Notes: generated from the sequence alone by a model not told the origin. A stretch of 64,000 nt of DNA from an uncultured Eubacteriales bacterium (GCA_964558915.1 CAZLFV010000002.1:20501-84500); one strand, 5' to 3'; positions 44,825 through 55,585 are shown, counted from the stretch's first letter. Program-made: numbers and translations.

Positions 44825-45862
44825 ATGAAAATACTGGTCATCGGCGGAACACGCTTTTTCGGCTATCATATCGTTACAAAGCTCTTGGCCGAAGGCCACG
44901 ACGTAACGCTTTTCAATCGCGGCCGAACACCCGATAACCTGGGAGACCGGGTCAGGCGCATCAAAGGCGATAGGAACGACCGCCGGGATTTTCGCGAGAA
45001 GCTCGGAAGGGAAAACTTCGATGCCGTTGTGGACATGATCGCTTTTGTGGCCGAAGACGACCGGTCTGCTGTGGAGACGTTTGCTGGCAGGATCGGCCAT
45101 TTTTTCCACATTAGCACGGGCTCTGTCTATGTTGTTACCAAAGATTTTCCGTGTCCTCTGCAGGAAAAGGATTTTGACCGCGAGGTCGTTCCCCGGCCGG
45201 GGAAAAATGAGGACTGGTGGCTCTATGGCTATCATAAACGAAAGTGCGAGGAGGTTCTCGGTGAGGCCTACCAAAAATACGGCTTTCCTGTGACCATATT
45301 GCGCCTTCCAATTGTCATGGGAGAGCGAGATTACACCCTCAGGGCCTATTCCTATTTCTTGCGCCTCGAAGACGGGAAGCCAGTTATTCTTCCGGACGGC
45401 GGCCTGAACGTTTTTACTCACATCTATCAGGATGATATCGCCCGGACCGTTTCCGGCAACCTTCTGAACAACACAGCCCACGGTCAGGCCTATAACCTGG
45501 CCCAGCCGGAGATCCTCACTCTAAGGAGTTTTGTGCAGGAAGCGGCGCGGATCTTGGGCCGAAACCCGGACCTCGTCGACGTGCCTTCTTGGGTGCTGGA
45601 CAAGTCAGGCCTGGGGACATCCTTCTCTCCCTTCTTCATGAGGCGGCCGTTTGTTCTTTCCACTGAAAAGGCGCGGCGGGACCTCAATTTCTCCTCGACT
45701 CCTTTTGCTACTTGGCTGAGGAAAACGATTTGCTGGTTTAAGGAGGATTATTCGGGGGGACCTCCTGAGAATTATATGAGCCGGGAGAGGGAAATTACCC
45801 TGGCCTCTCGCTATCAGGACGAGATGCGGAGATTTTCCCGGATATTAGAATCCGGACTATGA
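44825..45862 (+). CDS. NAD-dependent epimerase/dehydratase family protein
   Basis: Rossmann motif MKILVIGGTRFFGYHIV. Confidence 0.75.
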   Translation: MKILVIGGTRFFGYHIVTKLLAEGHDVTLFNRGRTPDNLGDRVRRIKGDRNDRRDFREKLGRENFDAVVDMIAFVAEDDRSAVETFAGRIGHFFHISTGSVYVVTKDFPCPLQEKDFDREVVPRPGKNEDWWLYGYHKRKCEEVLGEAYQKYGFPVTILRLPIVMGERDYTLRAYSYFLRLEDGKPVILPDGGLNVFTHIYQDDIARTVSGNLLNNTAHGQAYNLAQPEILTLRSFVQEAARILGRNPDLVDVPSWVLDKSGLGTSFSPFFMRRPFVLSTEKARRDLNFSSTPFATWLRKTICWFKEDYSGGPPENYMSREREITLASRYQDEMRRFSRILESGL

Positions 45863-45935
45863 CACCATGCTCGAAGACACCAAGGGCTTCGGCCCTCAGG
45901 CATATTATGGCCAAACTTAATAAAATGGGGGAATA

Positions 45936-46319
45936 ATGGAAAGAATTACGGAGATTTTTGTCGTCCTGGAAAATCGGCCTTCCACCTTGGGCGAATTATG
46001 CAGCTACCTGGCCGAGCATGACATTAATATTGAGGCGATCGGCGTTTTCCACGATACGGCCAAGCTCTATGTCAAAAACCTCAATAAGGCGGTGAAGCTG
46101 CTCAATAAGCTGAATTACGCTACAGAGACGCGCGATGTCCTCAAAATCGACCTGGAAAACAGGCCGGGCGCTTTAGCTGACGTGACGACTGCCCTGGGAA
46201 ACAAAGGAATCAATATCGATTATTGCTACGGCACCCTGAGCAGAAAGGGGAGCGTGACCTCAATCATCCTGGATGTCTCGGACATCGACAAAGCGATGGC
46301 CATTCTGAGCGGCGAATAG
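45936..46319 (+). CDS. ACT-domain protein (two ACT-like halves)
   Basis: VVLENRPSTLGELCSYLAEHDINI and LENRPGALADVTTALGNKGINI are ACT-type beta-alpha-beta signatures. Confidence 0.65.
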   Translation: MERITEIFVVLENRPSTLGELCSYLAEHDINIEAIGVFHDTAKLYVKNLNKAVKLLNKLNYATETRDVLKIDLENRPGALADVTTALGNKGINIDYCYGTLSRKGSVTSIILDVSDIDKAMAILSGE

Positions 46320-46347
46320 TCCGCTACCGTTTTTGAGCCTGCCGCTT

Positions 46348-47109
46348 TTATTCCTTCTCGATCTCTAGAGTTCTGTGGAGCGTATCCAGGAGGAGGGTGT
46401 AGTTGATCGGCGTGGTGATAAATTTCTCGAGGTTGGGCAGGTTCTTATCCACCTTATCCATAATGGCTTCAGGAGCCAGGATAAACAGAGGTATATTCTG
46501 AAGAATTTCATCTCCGCTGATAATTTTAACGCTCGCATGGGAATCCTCACGGGATGTCAGAAAATCCAATAGAATGATATCGGGCGAATGCTCCCTGGCT
46601 TCCCGGAGCCCTTGTTCTGCCGTGAACGTGGATATGACTTCGAACCCTGCCTGCTTGAGTTTGGCTCCCATCTCGTCTGCAGAACCGAGGTCTTTATCGA
46701 TGATGAGAACGCGGGCCTGTTTTTTGGCCACCTGGTTTGTGTCCATGATTGCGCTCTTGACCATTTCGAGGAGCATGGGCGGGTTGTACGGCTTGGTCAA
46801 GAAATACTTGGCTCCTTTTTCCAGGGCCAAAACCTCGTCGGCTGAGCTTGTTTTCGCCGTCAGATAGATAACCGGAATTGACCAAGTTAAACTTGATTTC
46901 TTGAGCAAATTACAGACCGCATGGCCATCCATTCCCGGCATCATGATATCCAGAATGATCAGGTGCGGCTTTTCTTTGCGTGCCATCTGAAGGCCCTTGA
47001 CCCCATCTTCAGCGACGAGGACTTCGTAGCCCTCGATCTGAAGCCGGGCCCGCAGCATCTTAACAAAGTCCTCTTCGTCGTCGACAATCAAGATGCGCTT
47101 TTTTTCCAT
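46348..47109 (-). CDS. Stand-alone tandem-receiver response regulator (REC-REC, no output domain)
   Basis: REC1 is canonical: ILIVDDEED, LIILDIMMPGMDG, LTAK, KP. REC2 (VLIIDKD, IILLDF) is divergent. Confidence 0.8.
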   Translation of the reverse strand: MEKKRILIVDDEEDFVKMLRARLQIEGYEVLVAEDGVKGLQMARKEKPHLIILDIMMPGMDGHAVCNLLKKSSLTWSIPVIYLTAKTSSADEVLALEKGAKYFLTKPYNPPMLLEMVKSAIMDTNQVAKKQARVLIIDKDLGSADEMGAKLKQAGFEVISTFTAEQGLREAREHSPDIILLDFLTSREDSHASVKIISGDEILQNIPLFILAPEAIMDKVDKNLPNLEKFITTPINYTLLLDTLHRTLEIEKE

Positions 47110-47205
47110 GGGCTCCTGTTTTCCCTTGAGGCCAATCTTAGCTTAAAAAAAGAGGCTCGACAAGCTCTTATTTATTTAGTCGGTTCTCAGGCCTGGGGAA
47201 CCGAT

Positions 47206-48180
47206 TCAAGAGCCGATGACGGAATCAATGATATAGAGCAGGTCTTCGGGCTCGACGGGCTTGGAAATGAACCCTTGCGCTCCGATTTCGTGGGCTTTTT
47301 CCTCGAGCTTTTTGGGGGGCAAAAGGCCCGACATGATAAACACGGGAAGATGCTCGGTATCTGGGGCTTTTCGCAGGTTGGACAGGATGGCTTCCCCGCC
47401 GCCCCCGGGCAGGATCAAGTTCAGAAGGATGAGATCAGGCTTTTGCTGGAAGGCCTGTTTCAGTCCGCTCACCCCGTCCGGAGCGATCATGATTTCGTAG
47501 CCGTGTTCCGTAAGACAAGGTGTAATAATCTTGGCAAAAGTCATGTCATCATCTATGAGCAGAATACTTTTTGGCCGATCTTTGGGGCGGTCTGACTTTT
47601 TCTCAGGCGCAGCTAGCGGTAATTGTTTTTTATCCACTGGAATTTTAATGTCGGCCAGTGCCCCCTGGAGTAGCTCATCGACACTTTCCTTCCTTTTGAC
47701 CGCCTTTTCTGGTCCTTTCTTGAATTCCTTTTCGATTTCTTCCAGCTTGCCTTGATAGCTCGGCGCAGCTGGAATAACCCGCTTGGCCCTGGCTTTTGGC
47801 TCTTTGGTCGCAGCCGGGACATATTTTTCGATCGTCTTAAACAGCTCCCTGGGGTCGTACGGTTTCCTGATATAAGCAAGGATCCCTTCCTGCAGGCAAG
47901 CCTTCATGAAGTCGGGCGACCCCACGGCTGAGAGGGCGATAATTGGGATGCTTCCTGTTTCGGGACTTCTTTTGAGCTTGATCGTAGCGTCGAGTCCGTG
48001 CATATCCGGCAAGATCATGTCCATAAGGATCAGGTCTGGTTTTTCTTTTTTGGCGAGGTCGATGCCCTCTTTGGCCTTGCCCACGGAGATGACGAGATGA
48101 CCCCTGGCCTCCAGGCGGAGCTTGATCAATTTGTTCTGATCCGGTTCGTCTTCGATCACCAGGATTTTAGACATGTTCAA
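47206..48180 (-). CDS. Stand-alone tandem-receiver response regulator (REC plus pseudo-receiver)
   Basis: REC1 has LILMDMILPD with the acceptor Asp. REC2 reads LILLNLILPG, so Asn254 replaces the phospho-acceptor Asp. The two domains are joined by a Lys/Pro-rich linker. Confidence 0.8.
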   Translation of the reverse strand: MNMSKILVIEDEPDQNKLIKLRLEARGHLVISVGKAKEGIDLAKKEKPDLILMDMILPDMHGLDATIKLKRSPETGSIPIIALSAVGSPDFMKACLQEGILAYIRKPYDPRELFKTIEKYVPAATKEPKARAKRVIPAAPSYQGKLEEIEKEFKKGPEKAVKRKESVDELLQGALADIKIPVDKKQLPLAAPEKKSDRPKDRPKSILLIDDDMTFAKIITPCLTEHGYEIMIAPDGVSGLKQAFQQKPDLILLNLILPGGGGEAILSNLRKAPDTEHLPVFIMSGLLPPKKLEEKAHEIGAQGFISKPVEPEDLLYIIDSVIGS

Positions 48181-48186
48181 CCCCTT

Positions 48187-49719
48187 TTATTGGCTGAGCC
48201 ATTTGCCCAGCTCCACAGCTTCCTCCGGATAGGAGAGAATCTTTGTCTCAAGGTCGATTTTGCCGCTCAGAAAATCGGTGTTTGAAATATATTGGTCGAG
48301 ATGCTCCCTCATCCTGGCCAGAACAAAAGGCGCGTCCTTTTTTTTCGTCTCCGGGAGGATGAGGTAATAATTGCCTTTATTGTACATTACCGTATCCGCT
48401 CTCCGGCGCAGGGACTTTTTGAGGACATCTTCCATCTCTTTCAAGGAGATTTCTATCCTCCCGCTAAGGGCCCGGCTGATTTCCTCGAAGTTCCGGACGC
48501 TGAAGATAATCACAGAAAAAGTGCTTTTTTTCTCGGCCGCCTCCTGGATCATGCTGGACAGGTATTCATTGAGTCGTTCCTCAAAGGTCAATTTCGGAAA
48601 GGAGACGGTTACAGTTGTCCCTCGGCCGACCTCGCTTTGAACGCGGATTTCCCCATGATGCAGTTCAACCAGGCCTTTGACGATGGAGAGGCCGAGGCCA
48701 GTTCCTTTTTCGCCGGGGCCGTCCTTGCGGCCAAACTGGGTGAATTTATCGAAGATTTTCGGCAGGTCGTTTTTGGCGATCCCGATGCCCGAATCCCGGA
48801 TGAGGCAAGTGATCGCCGTTTCATTTTCTTCGGCGGCAATCTCGATGGAGCCCTGGAGTGTGAACTTGAGAGCGTTGTCCACTAGGTTGGTGAAGATCTG
48901 GTTGATTTTATCTTCATCGCCATAGGTCAAGAGAGGCATGTCCGGGAGGGTCATCCTCAATTCGAGCCCCTTGTCCCTGGCTTTGGCCTCGAAGGCGAGA
49001 GCAACCATCCTGAGGACGTTGCCCAGGTCCAGCTCCTCCTTCCTAAATTCCACTTTACCGGCTTCAATCTTAGAGATGTCGAGGAGCTCGTTGATGATGC
49101 GCGCCAGACGTTCAATATTGTTCTTGGCGATGCCCAAAATCTCGGTCTGCTGGTCGTTGATCTCACCCGGGACTCTTTCCAGGATGAGACTAATGGCCTC
49201 TTTGGCAATGGAAAGAGGCGTCCTGAGCTCGTGGGAGACCGTGTTGATCAGGTCGTCCTTGAGCTTTTCCAAGCGAATATGCCTTTCGATCTCTGCTTTC
49301 AGCTGTTCTGCCTGTTTGCGCTCGGTGATGTCCCTCACGGTCACGAGATAGGCCGGCGCGTTTTGCCACTCGATGTCAACGACATGCATTTCTCCTGTTC
49401 TCAAGGGCCCGTTCTCCGAGGGGATATTGATTTCCGTGGTCTGTCCATGGGAAAGGGGAAAACCGAACGGCTTGCCCAGGAAGTCTTTCTCCGAGCGGCC
49501 AAAGAGTCCGGCGGCGGCGGGATTGGCAAAATTCACCAGGCCCTTCTTGTCCACGATGAGGATGGAGTCGGCGTTTTTTCCGATGATGTTGAAGAAACGG
49601 GCCTCTGCCGCGACGAGCTGTTTTGAGAGCAGGTCAAGGCGGGCTTCGAGTCCGGTTTCAGAAGGCTGGCCCTTTTTTCCCTTGCGTCGGCCGAGTTTTT
49701 CCGTGAGCAGGTTGGACAT
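48187..49719 (-). CDS. Cytoplasmic PAS sensor histidine kinase with a degenerate GGDEF-like C-terminal domain
   Basis: PAS segment ([26 protein letters not shown]). H-box SHELRTPL. G-boxes DSGIGI and GTGLGLSIV. The C-terminal ~125 aa are colinear with GGDEF domains, but the signature position reads KGNYY. Confidence 0.8.
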   Translation of the reverse strand: MSNLLTEKLGRRKGKKGQPSETGLEARLDLLSKQLVAAEARFFNIIGKNADSILIVDKKGLVNFANPAAAGLFGRSEKDFLGKPFGFPLSHGQTTEINIPSENGPLRTGEMHVVDIEWQNAPAYLVTVRDITERKQAEQLKAEIERHIRLEKLKDDLINTVSHELRTPLSIAKEAISLILERVPGEINDQQTEILGIAKNNIERLARIINELLDISKIEAGKVEFRKEELDLGNVLRMVALAFEAKARDKGLELRMTLPDMPLLTYGDEDKINQIFTNLVDNALKFTLQGSIEIAAEENETAITCLIRDSGIGIAKNDLPKIFDKFTQFGRKDGPGEKGTGLGLSIVKGLVELHHGEIRVQSEVGRGTTVTVSFPKLTFEERLNEYLSSMIQEAAEKKSTFSVIIFSVRNFEEISRALSGRIEISLKEMEDVLKKSLRRRADTVMYNKGNYYLILPETKKKDAPFVLARMREHLDQYISNTDFLSGKIDLETKILSYPEEAVELGKWLSQ

Positions 49720-49836
49720 CGTTTGAGTTAATCAAGGGCCATTATATGCGCTTTTATTTTATAGGAGATCAGCTGGCAAAGCAAGAAGAACAAGCACACC
49801 TGGAAGGGCTTGGGCGCCCCTTCTTGCCCTGGACGG

Positions 49837-50331
49837 TCAGATGACCAGGGTGATGTCCGATTCCTGGGCCTGCTCGATGAAAAAGGCCACTCCCACGCAG
49901 GCGGCCACCTGGTCAATCATTTTTTCCCGGGGAATTTCCATGACGTCCATGCTCATCTGGCAGCCGTACAATTTGACGCCCAGGTTGACCGCCATCTGCC
50001 GGAGCTCAACCAGAGAAGGAACACGTTTCGCCTTCATCATTTTCTTGAACATCCAGCGGCCGATTCCGCCGAAACTCATCTTACTCGGAGTTGCCCGTTC
50101 GATATCGCCGCCATACATCCACCCGAGAAGGCGGCCGAAAAGGCTCCGCCCTGTGGACACCTTCTTTTTCAGGGCGCGCAGGCCCCAGAACGTGAAGAAC
50201 ATCACGACATCCATGTTGGAGACTGCCGCTCCGGTGGCGATGCTAAACGCGGCAAAGAGCTTATCCAGGTCGCCGCTCATGACAATCATGGAGAGCTTTT
50301 TCTTTCGGCCTTCCGGCGTGTCCTCAGGCAT
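49837..50331 (-). CDS. DsrE/DsrF-like family protein
   Basis: LSMIVMSGDLDKLFAAFSIATGAA and a later YGCQMSMD segment, typical of DsrE-like small proteins. Confidence 0.6.
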   Translation of the reverse strand: MPEDTPEGRKKKLSMIVMSGDLDKLFAAFSIATGAAVSNMDVVMFFTFWGLRALKKKVSTGRSLFGRLLGWMYGGDIERATPSKMSFGGIGRWMFKKMMKAKRVPSLVELRQMAVNLGVKLYGCQMSMDVMEIPREKMIDQVAACVGVAFFIEQAQESDITLVI

Positions 50332-50377
50332 GCTTATATTATATCAAATCTATAGAAAAAATAGGAAACAGCCGGAT

Positions 50378-52999
50378 TTATTTTTCATCGGCCCGCGGAT
50401 AGAGGAGCGCGTTGAGCAGGAACTTATAGGTCCCGTGCGATTGGCCGCGGTTCTGACAGGCAAACCCGATCATGATGATGCGGCCGTTCTTGTAGCTCGT
50501 GTCCACCACCGCCGCTTTTCGCGCGATCACGTCCTCCCCCAGCAGCCAGCCGCTGAGCAGGACGTTGCTCTCCGGATAAGAGCCGATGACTTTTCTATGC
50601 CACTCCGCCGAAGGAATCCGGGTGGCCAAGACCGGGCTGTCGGTGAACATAGCGGCTGCCTTTTCGGGCAGACCGTAGCCGAGAGGTGTCGTGTTATCCA
50701 CTTCGATCCGGAGGAGCGAGGTCGGGCAAAAGAATTTCCCTCGCTCCACCTGTTCCAGGACGTCCCGGGCTGGCGTTTGCAGATCTTTGATCGCCAGCTC
50801 GCAGGCGCCGTTCAGGGTTACGAGAATTCCTCCCGCTTCGACGAAAGCCTTGAGGGCGTCGACTCCCTCTTTTTCGATGCCGCCTTCATATTCGGGAGGG
50901 TAATTCAGCGTGAAAAAGCGGGCCCGCTCGGAGGTAGGACTGGGCTTTCCGGTCTTGATGATATCGGCACTCTCATCGGCGAAGATGATCACATCATACT
51001 TGGTCTTGAGATCGACGGGTTTGTCTTTTTCCCCCTTGAAAGCGTCATTGTGGATCGTGGCATAGGGGATGCCCATGTCATCGAAAACATATCTGGTCCA
51101 GCCTTCATCCATGTTGCTGCGCCAGGATTGATAGAGGGCGATGCGGGGAAGCTGAAGCGGTGCTTTGGAGAGGGCGGAAGCCTCAGACAGCTCGTGAACG
51201 GCCAAGCGCCATTTGCCGATTAAGGAAGGCAAGGCGTTTTGGACCGCGGGGCTGTTCTTGATGATGAAACTCCCCGCCGCCGCCTCGAAATTCGGTAACT
51301 TGACCTTTTCCTTGGAGCGGAACACTTCCGCTTTTTCCTTGAGTAGTGCAAAAACGGCGCTGTAAGCAGCATTGACCCGGCAGTCGAGGACATAATAGGC
51401 GGCTGCCATTTTCGGTACGACTGTATCCGGGACCGGAATTCTGTCCAGTTTTTCGAGTTTGGCCTCGAATGCTTCGTCGACCTGGTCGCAGGCCACGCCC
51501 ATTTGCAGCGGCAGAGTCCAACCGGCGTTATCATAGGGCGGAACGGGTGGGCCACCCGGGTATTGCCGCATGTCTGGGTATTTCTGCTTTTCGAGGAGGG
51601 CCCAGGCATAAGGCTTATAAGGTTGGCTGAGCTTGATCACGAAAGAGCCGGCCGGATAGACTTTGCCGTCGGCCAAGAACTCCGCCTTAGCCCGGCGGAT
51701 TTCGACTCCTCCGAACATCAGGACGTCGAGCATCTTGAGCGCCGTAAGATAGTCGTGCTGGGCCGCCGGGATAATAAAGGCATAGGGCTGGTTCTTGTCC
51801 GTCTTCTCCACAGAATTCTTGTACATCTGGTAAAAATTAAAAAGGAAATCTTCCTTGTGCAGTGAGGCCGTACGGATCAGGCTCAACGATAACGTCAGTT
51901 CGTAGTTCACCAGGTCGCGAAGCCGCCACCAGCCTCCTGGCCACGGGTCGATGAACTCCATGCGCTTTTCATAATACGATTGCGGAATCTCGTTGGGCTC
52001 GATGTAAATTGGCGTGGCCACCTGCACCGAAGCCATTTCACTCAGGAGCCCAACAACGTTGTGCAGCCAGGAGGTATCGTCGCAGGCGCCGATATACCAG
52101 CCGGTATAGCTGCGGCCGTGGACAACGCCCTTGAACCCGTTTTTCTGGAGATCATAAGACATGCCGGCTCCGCAGAGGTTGACACTGCGCCAGAGAAGGG
52201 GCTGGACATTGGGGATAGGCGGGTCCATAAACGGAGGAACAAAAAGGCGTGCACCCGTGGACCCCATTTGGTGCTCATCGATATGGATTTGGGGAAGCCA
52301 GTCCTGGTAAAGAACTTTGCTCACAGCCCTGGTTTCGGAAAGGTTGAACATGAACCAGTCGCGGTTGTCATCGTGGCCGGCATAGTGATGATAGATCCAG
52401 GGCATCGGGCCGCCCTCGTATTTGGTTCCAACGTATTTTTTGTACCAGTCGACAACCATCTGCTCTCCGTCGGGGTTGCTAGTCGGCACAAGCAGGACAA
52501 TGACATCCTGAAGGACTTTGGCAGCATCAAAAGGAGTGTCGCCCGTCACCAGCTTGTAGGCCAGTTCCATGGACATCTGAGAGGCGGCGATCTCGCTGGC
52601 GTGGAGGCTGCATGTGATGAGGAGGATGGCCTTGCCTTTCCTTGCCAGCTGGTACGCCTCATCTGGGGCCAAGGCGCGGTCGTCTCTCAGCCGCTTGACA
52701 ATGGCGCGGTAGGCCTCAAGCTGAGCCATGTTCTCTGCGGAGGTGATGACGGCCATGATCATCGGCTTGTTGAGCGTGGATTGGCCGATCGTCAGCAGTT
52801 TGAGCCTTTCTGACTCCAGGTCGAGTTTCTGGAAATAGGCCTGGATCTGGCCATAATCGGCGAGCTTGCGGTCTGCTCCTGGCTGGAAACCCAGGAACTT
52901 CTCCGGAGATGTCTGAGCGCCAAGTTCGCCTGCAAAGAACGCCAAGAAAGAGAGCATGGCGCCAGTCACTCCAGCTATCGTTTTAAGGCAGTTGCGCAT
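50378..52999 (-). CDS. Secreted M14-family zinc carboxypeptidase-like protein (large form)
   Basis: Signal peptide. HASE (HxxE) zinc motif in ITCSLHASEIA, followed by PTSNPDG and a long C-terminal extension. Confidence 0.7.
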   Translation of the reverse strand: MRNCLKTIAGVTGAMLSFLAFFAGELGAQTSPEKFLGFQPGADRKLADYGQIQAYFQKLDLESERLKLLTIGQSTLNKPMIMAVITSAENMAQLEAYRAIVKRLRDDRALAPDEAYQLARKGKAILLITCSLHASEIAASQMSMELAYKLVTGDTPFDAAKVLQDVIVLLVPTSNPDGEQMVVDWYKKYVGTKYEGGPMPWIYHHYAGHDDNRDWFMFNLSETRAVSKVLYQDWLPQIHIDEHQMGSTGARLFVPPFMDPPIPNVQPLLWRSVNLCGAGMSYDLQKNGFKGVVHGRSYTGWYIGACDDTSWLHNVVGLLSEMASVQVATPIYIEPNEIPQSYYEKRMEFIDPWPGGWWRLRDLVNYELTLSLSLIRTASLHKEDFLFNFYQMYKNSVEKTDKNQPYAFIIPAAQHDYLTALKMLDVLMFGGVEIRRAKAEFLADGKVYPAGSFVIKLSQPYKPYAWALLEKQKYPDMRQYPGGPPVPPYDNAGWTLPLQMGVACDQVDEAFEAKLEKLDRIPVPDTVVPKMAAAYYVLDCRVNAAYSAVFALLKEKAEVFRSKEKVKLPNFEAAAGSFIIKNSPAVQNALPSLIGKWRLAVHELSEASALSKAPLQLPRIALYQSWRSNMDEGWTRYVFDDMGIPYATIHNDAFKGEKDKPVDLKTKYDVIIFADESADIIKTGKPSPTSERARFFTLNYPPEYEGGIEKEGVDALKAFVEAGGILVTLNGACELAIKDLQTPARDVLEQVERGKFFCPTSLLRIEVDNTTPLGYGLPEKAAAMFTDSPVLATRIPSAEWHRKVIGSYPESNVLLSGWLLGEDVIARKAAVVDTSYKNGRIIMIGFACQNRGQSHGTYKFLLNALLYPRADEK

Positions 53000-53300
53000 C
53001 GAAGCCTCCTTCCTTAAGCAATAAAGGTACTTTATCTACCACGCGCATTTTCTCTTGTCAAGAAACCGGGTCACTTCTGAAGCATCTTCAAATATGTGAT
53101 CTTCATGATGTGCGTAGAAAGCCGCCCTTGGCCCCCGCACCCCGGGGAACCAGTCCCGACGGGTCCTGTTGTGCTTCACCCCCGAACCACGCCACCCGTC
53201 GGGTGTGGGTTCTTTATGCTGATTTGCCAGATAGCGAAGCGCTTCTGGATAATCAGCTCGTCCTATCGACAAGTTTAGGATAACTTCTAAATGTCCGACA

Positions 53301-53340
53301 GAGCGATGTCATTGCGAGCACAGTGTGGCGGTCTCAAAAT
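53301..53340. repeat. Relic fragment of the interspersed repeat, inverted orientation
   Basis: The reverse complement contains TTTGAGA and the 13-nt box GCTCGCAATGACA. That box is identical to 16382-16394 and 35939-35951. Confidence 0.35.
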
Positions 53341-53388
53341 ATTCAAAATATATGGATGAGATTCCCCGCTCCACTGCCCTTCCCAGCC

Positions 53389-54078
53389 TCAGTCCCTGGA
53401 TTGTCGGATAAGAAACATGCGCAGGAGCTGCATTGCGGCCATAGCGGTGGCGGCGACATATGTCAGGGCTGCGGCCTGAAGGACCTTTCTCGCTCCGTCA
53501 AGTTCCGGGCCTTTGAGATAGCCTCTCTCCCCCAGAATAGCCATAGCTCGGCGGGAAGCGTTGAACTCGACCGGAAGGGTGAGGACGCTGAACAGCACGG
53601 CACCGGCGAAGAGAAGAATGCCGATGTCCATCAAGATGCTCGGGCCTTTTGAGCTCATAAAAAATCCGACGAGGAAGATCGGGAAAGCCAGCGTTGACCC
53701 GAAGCTAGCAATCGGATAAATCCCGTTTCTGATATGGAGCGGCGCGTATCTTGTGTGATGCTGGAGAGCATGGCCCGATTCATGAGCCGCGATGCCCAGC
53801 GCCGCTATGGAATTGCTTTCATAGACTCCGGGCGAAAGCCGGAGAGCTTTTTTTCTCGGGTCGTAGTGATCACTGAGCTGGCCGGGACTTTTTTCTATGC
53901 TGACGTCGTTGGCGCCGCCCAAATTTAAGATCTCCCCAGCCATCCGAGCCCCGGAAATCCCGGACGAAGCGAACACACGGCTGAACTTGGCGTATGTGCC
54001 TCTAACTTTTGCTTGGGCATACAAAGCCAGAATCAACGGCGGAATCAAGAAAATATATGTATAGTCCCAAAAAAACAT
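53389..54078 (-). CDS. YugP-type membrane zinc metallopeptidase
   Basis: MFFWDYTYIFLIPPLILALYAQAKV start. HESGHALQH zinc motif. C-terminal TM helices. Confidence 0.85.
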   Translation of the reverse strand: MFFWDYTYIFLIPPLILALYAQAKVRGTYAKFSRVFASSGISGARMAGEILNLGGANDVSIEKSPGQLSDHYDPRKKALRLSPGVYESNSIAALGIAAHESGHALQHHTRYAPLHIRNGIYPIASFGSTLAFPIFLVGFFMSSKGPSILMDIGILLFAGAVLFSVLTLPVEFNASRRAMAILGERGYLKGPELDGARKVLQAAALTYVAATAMAAMQLLRMFLIRQSRD

Positions 54079-54300
54079 GTTTCTTTCCTCCGATCATATC
54101 TTACCTGAGCCGAGCGATTCCTGTCAATTTCGAGTTCTGTGTTTGGGCACTGGTCTGGGAGATGAGCGGGAAGGCTGGCGGCGTCCGTCCCTATTCTTGG
54201 GAATTCTCGACTCAACTATAGCAGAGGCCGTTGACAAAGGGCGGCCTAATTACTAAGATGGCGTTGACTTTGATTGAAAATTGATGCGCGGAGGTTGAGA

Positions 54301-55548
54301 ATGCAGGTTGCAATAATCCGAAGGGCCAATCGCCGAAGCGATTTTCGTTTTCTCTTTTTTTTCATCATCGCGCTTTCTTTGTGCCTGCCGCAGACACTCA
54401 CCTCCCAGACTTCCCAGGAAAAAGAGGCCCGGGCCGAAGCGTATCTTACCCAGGCCGACGAACTCTATTCATCCGGCAATTATTCCAAGGCCATTGATAA
54501 TTATCTTCAGGCTGCCCAAATCGCCGGAAAGAGAACGAGCCTGTCCCGGGCCTACATGGGCCTTTCGCTGTGCTATTTTTATCTGAATGACGCGGAGAAC
54601 TCCAAGAAATATATCTTAAAAGCCCTTGAGCTGGACCCACAAAAGGAGGTCTCGAGCCTGTTTCATCCCCAGACCTATGTTGATCTTTTTAACCAGGTCA
54701 AGAAAGAGAACGCAGAAAAGCTCAGCCTCATCAAGATAGAGCCGGAAGCCAGACCCGCCGAGGCGGAGCGGGAAGAAGCGGAGAAAGCAGCACCCCAAGC
54801 TGCGGCCGGTCCCGGTCAAACTCTGGGGGGAGGCCGGGCCGGGCACTGGGAGGTGGAGGTCCATTATTCCGGCTGGACCATTAACCCGGCCAAGACTTTA
54901 CTTCAAGATAACCTGGCTAACAAAGTGTCCGATGAAATCCTGGAGAACGTCACCGACCAACTAAACGCTCTTTATGCCGGTCGGCTTGTTCCTGTGGGCA
55001 ATGAGCAGAATCTTACTCTCAGCTCGAGCGGCTCCAATTTCGGCCTGGGCCTCCGGTATTACCCTCTGGGAAAACAGGGTTCCTTCAGCGTCGGATTTTC
55101 TGTAGAAAAAACGAATATTACGATCTCCATGGAAGGGCTGGTGACTCAGAATTATGGCGATGGCTCAGCCGCAACAGTCGAAAGCACGAGCACGGTGACG
55201 ACGAACCCGTTCACGGCGAACCTGAGTTTTCGGTGGGACTTCTATCCCCAGTGGCGGGTGACTCCCTATTTTGTCTTCGGCCTCGGGTTTGGACCTTTGG
55301 GTGGAGACTTTAACTTTATTTATACAGGGACCTACAGGCGCGATTCCGACCAGGTCACCATTCAGGGCGAGGACAGCAGGACTTTCGACCAGCTCCGGGA
55401 AGAACAGGACATAGAGCTCGACCTCTTCCTTATTCTCCAGGCCGCCATTGGCGTTCGCGGCGAAATCTTAAAGAATATCTTTATCTTGGGAGAGATCGGG
55501 TTCTGGGACGGTCTTATTTTCCGCGGCGGCGTCGGCTGCAGGTTCTAA
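54301..55548 (+). CDS. TPR domain plus predicted beta-barrel protein (hypothetical)
   Basis: Leader FLFFFIIALSLCLP. TPR-like region YSSGNYSKAIDNYLQAAQ. The beta-rich C-terminal half ends in GGVGCRF, with a terminal Phe as in OMPs. Confidence 0.5.
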   Translation: MQVAIIRRANRRSDFRFLFFFIIALSLCLPQTLTSQTSQEKEARAEAYLTQADELYSSGNYSKAIDNYLQAAQIAGKRTSLSRAYMGLSLCYFYLNDAENSKKYILKALELDPQKEVSSLFHPQTYVDLFNQVKKENAEKLSLIKIEPEARPAEAEREEAEKAAPQAAAGPGQTLGGGRAGHWEVEVHYSGWTINPAKTLLQDNLANKVSDEILENVTDQLNALYAGRLVPVGNEQNLTLSSSGSNFGLGLRYYPLGKQGSFSVGFSVEKTNITISMEGLVTQNYGDGSAATVESTSTVTTNPFTANLSFRWDFYPQWRVTPYFVFGLGFGPLGGDFNFIYTGTYRRDSDQVTIQGEDSRTFDQLREEQDIELDLFLILQAAIGVRGEILKNIFILGEIGFWDGLIFRGGVGCRF

Positions 55549-55585
55549 CCAAAGGATTTCTCTTTATTTTCCTTTTCCGGACAGG

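Noticed and set aside
53036-53272. 78-aa ORF next to the repeat relic. A segment (RRDWFPG...AFY...IFED...FL) vaguely recalls the N-terminus of REP-associated or IS200-like transposases.
   Set aside because: The similarity is a handful of residues recalled from memory. There is no HUH or catalytic Tyr motif, and the ORF is too short. It is not supportable without a database search.
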